DNA of 64,000 nt from Candidatus Poribacteria bacterium (lineage in GTDB: Bacteria; Poribacteria; WGA-4E; PCPOR2b): contig OZ242326.1 in NCBI GenBank assembly GCA_965208325.1, positions 4,448,001 through 4,512,000 of the forward strand, read 5' to 3'. Shown piece by piece: positions 8,721 through 19,161 of the stretch (position 1 is the first letter of the stretch; every line of letters starts with the position of its first letter). Both the position numbers and the translations under genes were made by a program. Below the pieces are notes generated by a model. That model was not told the origin of the DNA, did no database searches, and worked only from the letters and a program-made list of their open reading frames with translations.

Positions 8721-11123
8721 ATGATGCCAATCTTTGAAATCATCGAATCCAATTTTTGGTTGAGATTCTTGGCAGACGCCACGCTGAAGAGTGTAGTGAT
8801 ATTTGCTGTTGCGGGTGTATTAGCGTTTGTTTTGCGCCGCCAATCGGCGTCGTTGCGCGGTTTGGTTTGGAGCGCGGCAATGGCCGGGTGCCTTATCGTC
8901 CCGTTGTGCTCACTTGCACTTCCGAAATGGGATGTCGGTGTGCTCCCGTGGGCATCGGACGGGTATGAAACGGAGGTGTTGCTGCAGGGTGACGCACCAG
9001 CAGCGGCGCCGGTTTCGATCCCACCTCATTCGCTTGGATCGGACGCAGCGTCACCTGCACATGCTGCACCGACGCCGTTCCCACCTCTATTCGCGGCTCG
9101 GGATAGCAACGTAACCCAAGCAAAAAACCTCGCGGCTCTGCACAGGACGGATTGGGTAGCGGCGGGTTGGGCGTTGGCGGCACTATTCCTGATCGTTCGT
9201 TTAATTGCCGGTATTTGTGCTGTGCGGTACATATCGGCTCGCGGCGATGACTTCAGCGACGCGATTGAGCATCTCGATCTAAATATAAAGCAAAGTTGCC
9301 GCGTCCGTCGAAGCGACGCTGCCACGGTGCCGATGATGTGGGGCATTTTTCGGCCCGTGGTTCTTTTGCCTGCAGATGCGAACGGTTGGGAGCCGGAACG
9401 GTTACGTGCCGTTATGTTGCACGAAACGGCGCACATTCAACGCCGCGATTGGCTAATGCAAACCATTGTACAGATAATGTGCGCGGTGTATTGGTTTAAT
9501 CCGCTGGTATGGATTGTTGCGCGCCAAATGCGAGCGGAGGCGGAGGTAGCATGCGATGACCATGTGCTTAATACCGGGTATCGTTCGACCGAGTACGCGC
9601 AGCATCTGCTTGAAGTGGTGCGAAACCTCAGAGTATTTGGCTCGGCTTCACGTACGGCTGTAGCGATGGCACGGCGGTCGAAAATTGAATGGCGACTGCG
9701 AGCCGTGCTCACGGCGGATCGAAATCGGCGTCCATTGACAAAGGCTGCGGTAGTGATAGGACTGCTTGTCCTGATTGGTTTCGCTGTGCCGATGAGTACG
9801 ATGCGATTTGCAAAGGCCGTTGATCAAGAAGGTGCATTGTATGTTGAGATTCAGAACGAAGCAAACCGAAAACGCAAAGTATATCCAGAGGATTTATTCG
9901 CACTGTTCAAATCGTTTACGGCGGTGGATGCGGGCGGCGAGATTTTCACCGGGATTATTTTGAGCGAAGTTGGTCATATTCTCGTGCCGGCAAGGGCGAC
10001 AGAAGCTGATTTCATTCGCCTGAATATTGTCGATTATCACCCGTTGACAGTAATCGCCGTCGATGCGGAGAGCGGTTTGGGAGTGGTGCAGGTTAAAGGG
10101 CAGAAGTACCTTCAACCGATTGTGCTCGGATCTGCAGGAGACCTGCGGGAATACGCGCCGGTTCCGCTTACCAAACCGGCGGACGGTTACCTATACCGGA
10201 GTGTAAGGGCAATCTGCGCGCGCGGCCTGAATCTACCATTTCGACCTCGTCAACAAGCGGTTGGACATCCCACCGTGCAAATTGCTAGCATAATGCAACT
10301 CGAAATTGACGACAGCGGTAAAGTGACCACGCTGAAAACGGCATGTCCTGGCCCTTCGGGTGAAAGGATTAGAGACGATTTAATGATTCGTTACGACAGG
10401 CACGACGTGCTTATACACTATGAGGGTCATGGTGAAATCATTAAAGGGGACGCACTGGTGCATTACGACGGCCGGTTGCTCGCCATCTCGGTTGAAGATA
10501 GCGTGCGGTACGACAAATGGGGACCCAGTGCGGACTTGATACCAATCGACGAGATTCGAGCTGCACTTGCGCGAATGAAGGTTCTCCACCTGATTGAACG
10601 CAAGATCGAAAAACCGATGAAAGATTTTGAGGCGGTATTTGAAGCGGAGGAGTTCACGCGGCAAGATGGAGCTCGACCGGACGGGAGATTGTTCTTGACA
10701 GTGGAGGACGCAACGACATCTGATAACGCGTACATTGTAGCGAATAAGGCGTTGGACCACCAATACCAAATACCGGATACGTGGCTGGCGTATGAGATTG
10801 AGATTCCGGCGGATGGCGACTACGCAATCTGGCTATATGGACGCGCGTATACCGGCAGGAGCGACTCATTTTTTGTCGGAACAGACCTTGAAACGCCTCG
10901 TGCGTGTGATGTGGACAGTTACTTTAGGTGGGGCGCGGTGCCGGCAATTCAACGAATATCGGTGCAGACGATACCGGCTTTCTACTTCTCGCAAGGCAAA
11001 CACGAAATCCGTCTTTATGTGCGGGAGACGGGCACTGAATTGGATGCTATTCTGATTACGAACGACCTGAGTTTAGGCGCCGCGGATTCTAACCGAAAGT
11101 TTGAGATGCACAAGCGCAGGTGA
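8721..11123 (+). CDS. BlaR1/MecR1-like M56 metallopeptidase sensor with trypsin-like and carbohydrate-binding-like C-terminal domains
   Basis: TM helices, HETAHIQRRD (HExxH), YWFNPLVW, EVACDD; follows blaI; ATG 8721 behind AGGAGG. Confidence 0.88.
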   Translation: MMPIFEIIESNFWLRFLADATLKSVVIFAVAGVLAFVLRRQSASLRGLVWSAAMAGCLIVPLCSLALPKWDVGVLPWASDGYETEVLLQGDAPAAAPVSIPPHSLGSDAASPAHAAPTPFPPLFAARDSNVTQAKNLAALHRTDWVAAGWALAALFLIVRLIAGICAVRYISARGDDFSDAIEHLDLNIKQSCRVRRSDAATVPMMWGIFRPVVLLPADANGWEPERLRAVMLHETAHIQRRDWLMQTIVQIMCAVYWFNPLVWIVARQMRAEAEVACDDHVLNTGYRSTEYAQHLLEVVRNLRVFGSASRTAVAMARRSKIEWRLRAVLTADRNRRPLTKAAVVIGLLVLIGFAVPMSTMRFAKAVDQEGALYVEIQNEANRKRKVYPEDLFALFKSFTAVDAGGEIFTGIILSEVGHILVPARATEADFIRLNIVDYHPLTVIAVDAESGLGVVQVKGQKYLQPIVLGSAGDLREYAPVPLTKPADGYLYRSVRAICARGLNLPFRPRQQAVGHPTVQIASIMQLEIDDSGKVTTLKTACPGPSGERIRDDLMIRYDRHDVLIHYEGHGEIIKGDALVHYDGRLLAISVEDSVRYDKWGPSADLIPIDEIRAALARMKVLHLIERKIEKPMKDFEAVFEAEEFTRQDGARPDGRLFLTVEDATTSDNAYIVANKALDHQYQIPDTWLAYEIEIPADGDYAIWLYGRAYTGRSDSFFVGTDLETPRACDVDSYFRWGAVPAIQRISVQTIPAFYFSQGKHEIRLYVRETGTELDAILITNDLSLGAADSNRKFEMHKRR

Positions 11124-11173
11124 AGGGATGCCTATTGAATAGTATCAAACGACCAGATGGTGTTCAGGGCTAG

Positions 11174-11935
11174 TCAAAAAATACTAGTATTCTTAAATAC
11201 TCGAAAGTTATCAAATTTGGCGCCTCTGTACGATGCTCCACTTTTTATTGTCCAGACACCCGCTTGACCGCTTTGATAGCGCTCCGGGGAGTGGTCTGAG
11301 GCTTCCAACAACCATGTTCCCGGTTCTGTTTCACCCTTGGGCCACACCTTTCCTCTCAGATAGGTGTAGGTGTCATGGGACGTTACCTCAAACTGAAAAA
11401 CGTACCATCGGCTATCTTGGAGATGTAGGGCTTTTTCGTTCAAGTAGATATTACCGTGCCCTCCTTGACCAATGGGCACGCGTTTGGCAATCTGAAGTTT
11501 CCTGTGGAAATCCGACGTTCGGAGCCGGTAATTTTCCTGTGAGGTGTTCCAATAAGCAAACACTCCCGCATCGCCGCTATGCTCTATCCGGAGTTCCACC
11601 CGAACGACGTAGCTTGACCAATCCTTTTCCCCAACTAGTGCAGCGCTGTTTGGGGCGTTTCTATCCGCTTGTTCCAACACACGGCTGCCCAAGATAGATA
11701 TACCCCATCTCCCGCCGGAAGGGAAAATCCATTCGTTCTGCTCCTCCATTTGTGTTCGTTTCTCAAAGTTGTCCTCAAACAGCGTTTCGCGGCGGACGTC
11801 GCGTAATTGAGACAGCATCTGCTCGAGTGTATCGAATCTCGCGCTCGTCATCAGATAAGCGAGAACGCCCACAATTCCGAGAATTGTTAAAACGACGATA
11901 AAATTTACATTTTTGGCTAAAAATTTTACGAACAT
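11174..11935 (-). CDS. Membrane-anchored protein with ConA-like/DUF1080-like beta-sandwich domain; paralogue of 57783-58712
   Basis: N-terminal TM, short coiled coil, LFEDNFE..W..W..DW..Y.V domain; start moved to ATG 11935. Confidence 0.7.
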   Translation of the reverse strand: MFVKFLAKNVNFIVVLTILGIVGVLAYLMTSARFDTLEQMLSQLRDVRRETLFEDNFEKRTQMEEQNEWIFPSGGRWGISILGSRVLEQADRNAPNSAALVGEKDWSSYVVRVELRIEHSGDAGVFAYWNTSQENYRLRTSDFHRKLQIAKRVPIGQGGHGNIYLNEKALHLQDSRWYVFQFEVTSHDTYTYLRGKVWPKGETEPGTWLLEASDHSPERYQSGQAGVWTIKSGASYRGAKFDNFRVFKNTSIF

Positions 11936-12208
11936 AATCAATTTTCCTATTTGGGCTTGCGAATCATGCCAGCCGCCGGCATGCCTTAAGGCATAAGAGA
12001 ACAAACGGGCACCGTATTGCTCAGAGACGCAGAAAGGGCGTTGTCAGCGCCGCCTATAGTGTCAAAGGTTACTATGCGCCCCTTTTTAAGTCAAGAAGAA
12101 AACAATAAATCGAAGTTAGCGTTGGAACTAGCATAGCACATTTTATCTTTACGGAGGTGGAATCGTTTGCCGTCAGAAATGAGGCCGCGTTACGCCATGA
12201 TTCTACTC

Positions 12209-12706
12209 GTTCTGTTGACAATTAGAAATTTGAACCTGTCTCCATGCCCTAAGTTTTTGGGCAGGCACAAGACCTGCCCCTACATAATTCTTGTAGCGGC
12301 AACCCATTTGGTTGCCCTTAAACGTCAGACGTCGCCCCCGACTTGGGTTTTTGGCGAATTAAACGGTTGTATGTTGCATTAGTAACACCAAAATGTCAAC
12401 ACGCTCTAGTGAACAGAGGGTTGGGGAACCCAACCCCTACGAACATCTTTGCGCCTTCGTGTCTCACTTGAACCTTCTATTGAGATAAAATATCAACAAA
12501 ACTAAGTTCTGTTGACAATTAGAAATTTGAACCTGTCTCCATGCCCTAAGTTTTTGGGCAGGCACAAGACCTGCCCTTACATAGTCCTTGTAGTGGCAAC
12601 GCATGTGGTAGCCCTTATACTTCAGACGTCGCCCCCGACTTGGGTTTTTGGCGAATTAAACGGTTGTATGTTGCATTAGTAACACCAAAATGTCAACTCG
12701 CTCTAG
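12209..12706. mobile_element. Two ~200 bp direct copies (12209-12409, 12506-12706) of a family A-ended element, with a family A right-end fragment between them
   Basis: GTTCTGTTGACA...TGTCAACACGCTCTAG ends; hairpin GGGCAGGCACAAGACCTGCCCCTAC. Confidence 0.75.
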
Positions 12707-13101
12707 TTCTAGCTATGGTAACCGCTCGCCGCTTATTTCGTTTAAAAACCACACTTGACATTGTGCGTCTTAAATTCTGCGCTATTCAAAAACAGAAGTT
12801 TCTTCTGAAATAGACCGTAGTATTCGACACAAATTTTGAACGATTGCTGAGTAGATATCAGTGCAGGGGCGATTTGCCATTGACGGTATGAACCTTTAGA
12901 TTCTGAGAAAAGCGCTAGAAATTCAATGATTTACGTTGAAGAACGCCGTAATTTGGGGTAAGATAGCTTCAATTTGTTGAGCAGATGCATTCCTGCTTTT
13001 CGCGGTGTGTTTTTGGCTTACGGATACAAACTGACGGGATAAACGGCTAAATTTGGCTACCCAAGCACACATAATCAGAAACGCGTTGATTTTCGTTCCG
13101 G

Positions 13102-15909
13102 TTGCGTGGAAGGTATTTAAAAAGGGACGATTTTAGAAATCCAGAATTGGCTGCGGAGAATCAGTTGACATATAATTTTGGTGATATCGCAAGGCTGCCG
13201 TCCCCAACAGATAACGTGGCAATTGCGACGAGGACAATAGAAGCGGGATCAGAAATCAACGGAGACGGGGAAAGCTACACGCTATCCCACACTGTTTTAG
13301 AGGGTCACCGGTTCGCAGTAAAGACGATTGATGTAGGAGAATCTCTACTTTCGTGGGGTTTGGCGTTTGGCATCTCAACCACTGAGATTAACCCCGGGGA
13401 TTACATCTGCAACGCAGGCATTCTGGATGCGCTCTCTCTTCGAAATTTGGATTTCGAACTTCCGCCGGAGCCAAATTTTAGGGATGATATTGTCCCATAT
13501 TTACTCGATAAAGATTCTTTTCACCCGGGAATACAGGTGCCCCGATACGACGACGAGAAATTTTTTGGCGGATACCGAAGGACCGGCAACCGGGGCGTAG
13601 GAGCGCGAAATTATATCGTCGTGATGGGCACAACCTCCCGGACTTCCAGCTTTGCCAACAAGTTAGCGGCTCGGTTCAATGACGCCGCAGCGAACTACGA
13701 AAACTTAGATGGAATCGCCGCGGTAGGGCACACCGAAGGCGGAGAAGAGAATGAACCGAACAATCTAGATATATTGCTCCGCACGCTCGCGGGGTTTATG
13801 GTGCATCCAAATGTTGGGGCAATACTAGTGGTTGACTACGGCACCGAGTCGGTCACCAACAAGATGCTTGAGCGGTATGCTTCACAGCATGGCTACCCGA
13901 TACATGACGTACGCCATCGATTTTTGACCTTACGAGGCAGCTTCAACGCCAGTCTGGACAAGGGTGAAGCGATTATCAACGGCTGGTTGGAAGAGATAAA
14001 CGCGGCGGACAAGCGCACCGAGCAACCTGTTTCAGATTTAAAGATTGCGCTCCAGTGCGGCGGTTCAGATGCATTTTCCGGTATCTCCGGCAATCCGCTG
14101 GCAGCGTATGTTGCGAAGGAGATAATTCGCTACGGCGGATGCGCTAACCTAGCGGAAACCGACGAGTTAATCGGCGCAGAAGCGTATGTATTGCAGAACG
14201 TTAAGGATTTGAAAACCGCCCAGAAGTTCCTAGACACGATTGCGCGATTCAAGGAGCGGGCGGCATGGCATGGGCATACTGTAGAAGCCAATCCCTCCGG
14301 CGGCAATAAGTTTCGCGGCTTGTACAACATTGTAATCAAATCGATTGGCGCGGCTATGAAGCGTCACCCGGACGTTCGTCTAGATGACGTTATCGCCTAT
14401 GGCGAGCGCATGTTAACTTCGGGTTACTATTTCATGGACAGCCCGGGCAACGACCTTGAGAGCATTGCCGGACAGGTCGCTTCAGGGTCAAATCTGATAT
14501 TCTTTGTGACCGGCAACGGTTCGATTACAAACTTCCCTTTTGTTCCGACGATTAAGATTGTCACGACGACCGGGCGGCACGATTTGTTGCAAAATGAGAT
14601 GGATGTGAATGCAGGGGCGTATCTGGATGGGATGCCGATGGAGGTATTGGGTCAGGACATGTTCGAACTAACCCTCAGCATTGCGGGCGGAGAGCAGTCA
14701 GTTGGTGAAAAGGCGGGACATTCTCAGGTTTCAATCTGGCGAAATTGGCGCCAAGCTCGTACACCCGATTTAAAGTCAGTGTTGCCGAGAGAAGTTCCCG
14801 ATGGCAAACCGCACTCTATCCGTACAGCGCAGCGTCCATCCGCCCCGCCTTGCACCGCGGAGGACGAGGCAACAACTAATTTAAAGTTTAACGCCATTCA
14901 AACCAAAGATGGATACCGGAGTGATCAGATTGGCTTGGTGCTGCCGACGAGTCTGTGTTCCGGCCAGATTGCCCAGATGATTGCTGACCGCTTAAATCGG
15001 CGGAGAGCCGGTGAATCATATGGCATCTCTCGATTCGCGGCGCTGCCCCATACGGAGGGTTGCGGCGTGTCGGGCGGCAATTCCGAGGACATTTACGCAA
15101 GAACTCTGATCGGGCATCTGACCCATCCAATTGTAGCGTTGGGTGTGCTTTTGGAACATGGGTGTGAAAAAACACACAACGACTACATCGCGGACGCGCT
15201 CGGTAATGACGGCATACCGATCGATCGATACGGTTGGGCGAGCGTGCAACTTGATGGGGGAATTGGTGCGGCAATTCAAAAGGTCGAAAATTGGTTTGAC
15301 ACCCGGTTAGCAGGGCTGGGCGCGCCATACTATACCGATGTAGGGTTGGAACATTTATGCCTTGGGTTGACCTCAATCGGCAAAGTCACCGACAATTCAG
15401 CGCAAAGTTTGGTTAACCTCATCCAAACCATCGTTGGCGCGGGCGGCACAGTTGTCGTCCCCGCCAATGCAACAGGTTTGGTTTCACATGCGTACCTGAA
15501 ACGTGTGTTTGGCGATCAAATACTCAAGCCTACGCTGGCTTACGGTCAAAGCGTTGCTGAAGCAGGCTTTCATATTATGGACACGCCCACAAGCCACGTT
15601 GTCGAAACATTGACGGGTTTGGGCGGAACAGGTGTGGACGTGATGTTTGCGCATGTTGTGGGGCATCCGATACAGTCTCACCGTATGATTCCGCTGATCC
15701 AAGCTACGACTGACGAGACAACCGAGTCGTTTTATCACGACGATCTGGATCTATCGCCTGCGGATGAGAATTGGACTCCCGAAGAATTTTCGTTTCAAGT
15801 GCTTCAAATTATTTTGGAAGTTGCCTCGCGACGCTATACCCCAAAACTCTTTGACAGAGGAAACACGGACTTTCAATTTACGCGCGGGCTGCTTGGCATT
15901 TCGATGTGA
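13102..15909 (+). CDS. UxaA/GarD family sugar-acid dehydratase (SAF domain plus duplicated dehydratase module); start uncertain
   Basis: DNVAIA..GHRFA SAF, GVGARNY, HPNVG, LQCGGSDAFSG.S.NP, NPS.GN..GL; second HTEGCG/HP/GCEK repeat. Confidence 0.85.
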   Translation: MRGRYLKRDDFRNPELAAENQLTYNFGDIARLPSPTDNVAIATRTIEAGSEINGDGESYTLSHTVLEGHRFAVKTIDVGESLLSWGLAFGISTTEINPGDYICNAGILDALSLRNLDFELPPEPNFRDDIVPYLLDKDSFHPGIQVPRYDDEKFFGGYRRTGNRGVGARNYIVVMGTTSRTSSFANKLAARFNDAAANYENLDGIAAVGHTEGGEENEPNNLDILLRTLAGFMVHPNVGAILVVDYGTESVTNKMLERYASQHGYPIHDVRHRFLTLRGSFNASLDKGEAIINGWLEEINAADKRTEQPVSDLKIALQCGGSDAFSGISGNPLAAYVAKEIIRYGGCANLAETDELIGAEAYVLQNVKDLKTAQKFLDTIARFKERAAWHGHTVEANPSGGNKFRGLYNIVIKSIGAAMKRHPDVRLDDVIAYGERMLTSGYYFMDSPGNDLESIAGQVASGSNLIFFVTGNGSITNFPFVPTIKIVTTTGRHDLLQNEMDVNAGAYLDGMPMEVLGQDMFELTLSIAGGEQSVGEKAGHSQVSIWRNWRQARTPDLKSVLPREVPDGKPHSIRTAQRPSAPPCTAEDEATTNLKFNAIQTKDGYRSDQIGLVLPTSLCSGQIAQMIADRLNRRRAGESYGISRFAALPHTEGCGVSGGNSEDIYARTLIGHLTHPIVALGVLLEHGCEKTHNDYIADALGNDGIPIDRYGWASVQLDGGIGAAIQKVENWFDTRLAGLGAPYYTDVGLEHLCLGLTSIGKVTDNSAQSLVNLIQTIVGAGGTVVVPANATGLVSHAYLKRVFGDQILKPTLAYGQSVAEAGFHIMDTPTSHVVETLTGLGGTGVDVMFAHVVGHPIQSHRMIPLIQATTDETTESFYHDDLDLSPADENWTPEEFSFQVLQIILEVASRRYTPKLFDRGNTDFQFTRGLLGISM

Positions 15910-15987
15910 TATCCTTCCCAATCTGCCTCGGCCATCCATATTCAGATTGGTTAGGACACAAACTCATAGGACTGGAGCATAAGAGCA

Positions 15988-16950
15988 GTGGAATGTGTTG
16001 CTGACGCAATTCATAGACGCGGAACCGTGGTGGTGGCGCATGACCACCGTCCAATTGGCGAAGATTTGCCGCTGATGGCTGAAGGCGGCGTTACCGCAAA
16101 AGTTTTTCAGATTACGCTAGACGCGGATGTAGATGCGGGTTATCAAGCGTCCAGATATCAGACAGAGGGATGGCTGCGGTCGGCCGCCCGTGGACTGGAA
16201 AACGCGCTGAGCGAAATTGAACGCCATTGCCCCGACTGCATTCTCGTAAAGAAACCCGGCGACATTCGACAAGCCAAGGCGGAGGGGCGTGCCGCGATTA
16301 TGCTTGGCGCCGAAGGGGCGCGGTGGCTAGAGGGGACTCTCGAACCGCTTCGATTATTCCATCGCCTAGGTCTTCGTGAGCTTCAACTCACCTGGGCTTT
16401 TCCGAACCCGCTTGTGCCTGACGGCCACCTCAGCCGCTTCGGAGCAGAGGTTGTCGCTGAATGCGAAAAACTAGGGATACTAGTAGACGTGACGCACATA
16501 CTGAAAGATGCATTTTACGACGTGATTCGCCGTGCACAACGTCCAGTCATCGTGTCTCACGGAACGGCGAAATCGCTAACAAAGGATTTAGATGACGATC
16601 AACTCCGCGCGCTCGCCTCAACCGGCGGGCTGCTCGGCGTCCATTTTTACATTACGTATCTCAACCCTACACCGACTCCAGAGGACATTTTTAGGCAGAT
16701 TGATTATGTCGCCGAGTTGATTGGAATTGACCACGTTGCGCTCGGCGTAGACTTTTTTCCCACCGAGGGCGCATGGCGTGAATTGCAAGTTGCGCAGGGA
16801 GCGTCAGACCTTCGCTGGGCGGTAAACGACATGAGCGAAATGCCCAAAATTACAGAATGCCTGGTTGAACACGGTTACTCGGAGGTAGACATACACAAGG
16901 TGCTTGGGGGCAATTTTCTTAGGGTATGCCAGGAGGTGTTTGGAGGATGA
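15988..16950 (+). CDS. Membrane/renal dipeptidase family (M19) amidohydrolase
   Basis: AHDH, GAEG, LGLR.LQLTW, VDVTH, VIVSH, DHVALGVDF, KVLGGNFLRV. Confidence 0.88.
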   Translation: MECVADAIHRRGTVVVAHDHRPIGEDLPLMAEGGVTAKVFQITLDADVDAGYQASRYQTEGWLRSAARGLENALSEIERHCPDCILVKKPGDIRQAKAEGRAAIMLGAEGARWLEGTLEPLRLFHRLGLRELQLTWAFPNPLVPDGHLSRFGAEVVAECEKLGILVDVTHILKDAFYDVIRRAQRPVIVSHGTAKSLTKDLDDDQLRALASTGGLLGVHFYITYLNPTPTPEDIFRQIDYVAELIGIDHVALGVDFFPTEGAWRELQVAQGASDLRWAVNDMSEMPKITECLVEHGYSEVDIHKVLGGNFLRVCQEVFGG

Positions 16951-17906
16951 TAATTGATTCTCACACACATGTGTTTGACCGCAGCGTCGGAGGCGCGGAA
17001 GAAAATTTCCCTCTTTGGCCCGGGGTAACCCACGGCGCCAGCGGGCCGGACCTTCTCCGCCAGATGGACGGTGCGGGCGTCGACAAGGCTTTTCTCATCA
17101 GCTACACGGCCGTGGATGTTATGGCGCATTACCGCCCGGACAAACGCGACCATCTGGTTTCCGTCTTTCAGCACTATCTAACCAAGGACTATTTCATCCG
17201 TGTGTGGGAAGAGAATCCCGACCGTTTTGTTTGGTTTGCGGATTCGATTGACCCGCGTGTCCCCGGTTACGTAGAGCGCGCCGAGCAAGATTTGAACCGC
17301 GGCGCTGCCGGACTCAAGCTGCTACCTCTATTTGTAGACACTGAGCTGGGCGATCCGCGCTGGCGGCCTATTTTTGAACTGCTTCAGGAACGCGGCAAGC
17401 CGTGCATTGTCGATCTGTCGTGGTGGTATGCCGACCAGCCTTGGTTTTCGCCGAGTGTGTACGGGAAGTATGAAAACTACACCGACTATGTTCAGGGGCT
17501 GAGGGAATTGGCCGCGGATTTTCCGGATGTCAAAATCCAGTTGGCGCATTACGGTACACCGCGTCTGCAGGATCGAGGCGATCCGGCACGCACCGTTTAT
17601 TATGACCGCTTGCAAGAACCGATTGAACTCATGCGAGCGTATTCAAATCTCAGCTGCGATTTATCCGCGTGCCAGCACCTCATTCCGAAGAACGAACCGT
17701 TTCCATATTGGAGCGCATTGCGAGTGTTAAAGATTCTGGTGGATGAGTTGGGCGCAGCACGCATCCATTGGGGCACCGATTGGCCGTACCTGAGAGCGCA
17801 GCCGTATTCAGAATTGGTACGGGCAATTCGGGAAGCGCCATTCTTGACGGCGAGCGACGCTGAAAAGGTATTGGGCCTCAATGCTCAAAAATTCTTGGGT
17901 GCATAG
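16947..17906 (+). CDS. Amidohydrolase_2 family protein
   Basis: IIDSHTH, GLKL, LAHYG, WGTDWP; ATGA overlap with upstream gene. Confidence 0.88.
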   Translation: MIIDSHTHVFDRSVGGAEENFPLWPGVTHGASGPDLLRQMDGAGVDKAFLISYTAVDVMAHYRPDKRDHLVSVFQHYLTKDYFIRVWEENPDRFVWFADSIDPRVPGYVERAEQDLNRGAAGLKLLPLFVDTELGDPRWRPIFELLQERGKPCIVDLSWWYADQPWFSPSVYGKYENYTDYVQGLRELAADFPDVKIQLAHYGTPRLQDRGDPARTVYYDRLQEPIELMRAYSNLSCDLSACQHLIPKNEPFPYWSALRVLKILVDELGAARIHWGTDWPYLRAQPYSELVRAIREAPFLTASDAEKVLGLNAQKFLGA

Positions 17907-17930
17907 GGCCGTTAACCGTTTAGCTCCGAA

Positions 17931-19118
17931 CTATGAAGATGATGATTGGCAACTATCGGTTAAATGCGCGTCGTTAAAGGCGTCAATGGCTGCATTTAAA
18001 TCTGCGGTCGTATGCGTAGCCATTACAGAAATCCGCAAACGCCCGGTGCCTTCAGGCACGGTAGGAGGGCGGATAGCCGGCGCGTATACGCCGTAATCAA
18101 GCAACATATCGGCAAACTTTGCGGTGGTATTTGCGGAGCCGAGAATCAGCGGGAGAATTTGGGTTTCGGTTGACAGTATTTGGAATCCCGCTTCGGACAG
18201 CGCGGTTGCCAATTGCCGTGTGTTGGCGAACAAACGGCGGCGCAATTCAGGCGTTGAACGCATCACATCAATTGCAGCCGAAGCTGCTGCCAATGTTGCC
18301 GGCGGCAGGCCTGTCGAGAAGATAAAGCTGCGCGCGCGGTTTATCAGAAGGCCGATCAACATGCGTCCCCCCGCGACATATCCCCCCAATCCACCAATGG
18401 CTTTGCTCAGCGTTCCCATCTGGATAATGTCCCGGTTTTCCAGTCCGAAGTGCTCCACAGTGCCGCCTCCCGTTTTACCTAAAACGCCAAAGCTGTGCGC
18501 TTCATCAACCATAACCATGGCGTTGAACCTCTCAGCCAAGCCGCAAATTTCAGGCAGCGGCGCAATGTTGCCGTCCATACTGAAGACGGCGTCGGTAACA
18601 ATCAGCCTTCGCCGGAAAGTTGCCGATTGGGACAGCAGGAATTTCAGATGGTCGATATCACGATGGCGATAGATTTGCGTTTTGGCTTTGCTCAGGCGGC
18701 AACCATCGATAATGCTGGCGTGATTGAGCGCGTCGCTAAGGATGAGATCTTCATCGCCCGCCAGTGCAGGGATTGCGCCGATATTCGCCATATAACCGGA
18801 ACTAAAGACTAACGCGGCTTCAGTCCCCTTCACTTCAGCAATCTTCGCTTCAAGATTGGTGTAGAGTTGGCAATTGCCCGTTAGCAACCGCGAGCCGCTT
18901 GCTCCCGCGCCGTATTCCTGCACTGCATTAGCGGCAGCTTCAATGACCTTCGGGTGGGTACTCAAACCGAGGTAGTTATTCGATCCAAGGGTGATGACTT
19001 CCCGTCCATCAAGGACAACGCGACCAGCTGGGGCTGACATGACGGTTCGCAGGAATCTCCGACGCCCTACCTTATGAAGGCGATCCAGTTCTGCACCAAT
19101 CCAGCTTTCTCCATCCAT
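17931..19118 (-). CDS. bioF: 8-amino-7-oxononanoate synthase
   Basis: SNNYLGL, GASGSRLLTG, SDALNHASIIDG, FSMDG, DEAH, GTLSKA, AIRPPTVP. Confidence 0.88.
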   Translation of the reverse strand: MDGESWIGAELDRLHKVGRRRFLRTVMSAPAGRVVLDGREVITLGSNNYLGLSTHPKVIEAAANAVQEYGAGASGSRLLTGNCQLYTNLEAKIAEVKGTEAALVFSSGYMANIGAIPALAGDEDLILSDALNHASIIDGCRLSKAKTQIYRHRDIDHLKFLLSQSATFRRRLIVTDAVFSMDGNIAPLPEICGLAERFNAMVMVDEAHSFGVLGKTGGGTVEHFGLENRDIIQMGTLSKAIGGLGGYVAGGRMLIGLLINRARSFIFSTGLPPATLAAASAAIDVMRSTPELRRRLFANTRQLATALSEAGFQILSTETQILPLILGSANTTAKFADMLLDYGVYAPAIRPPTVPEGTGRLRISVMATHTTADLNAAIDAFNDAHLTDSCQSSSS

Positions 19119-19161
19119 AAGATTGTCCTCCACGCAAATTGGCATTGAGGGACCACGTTAA

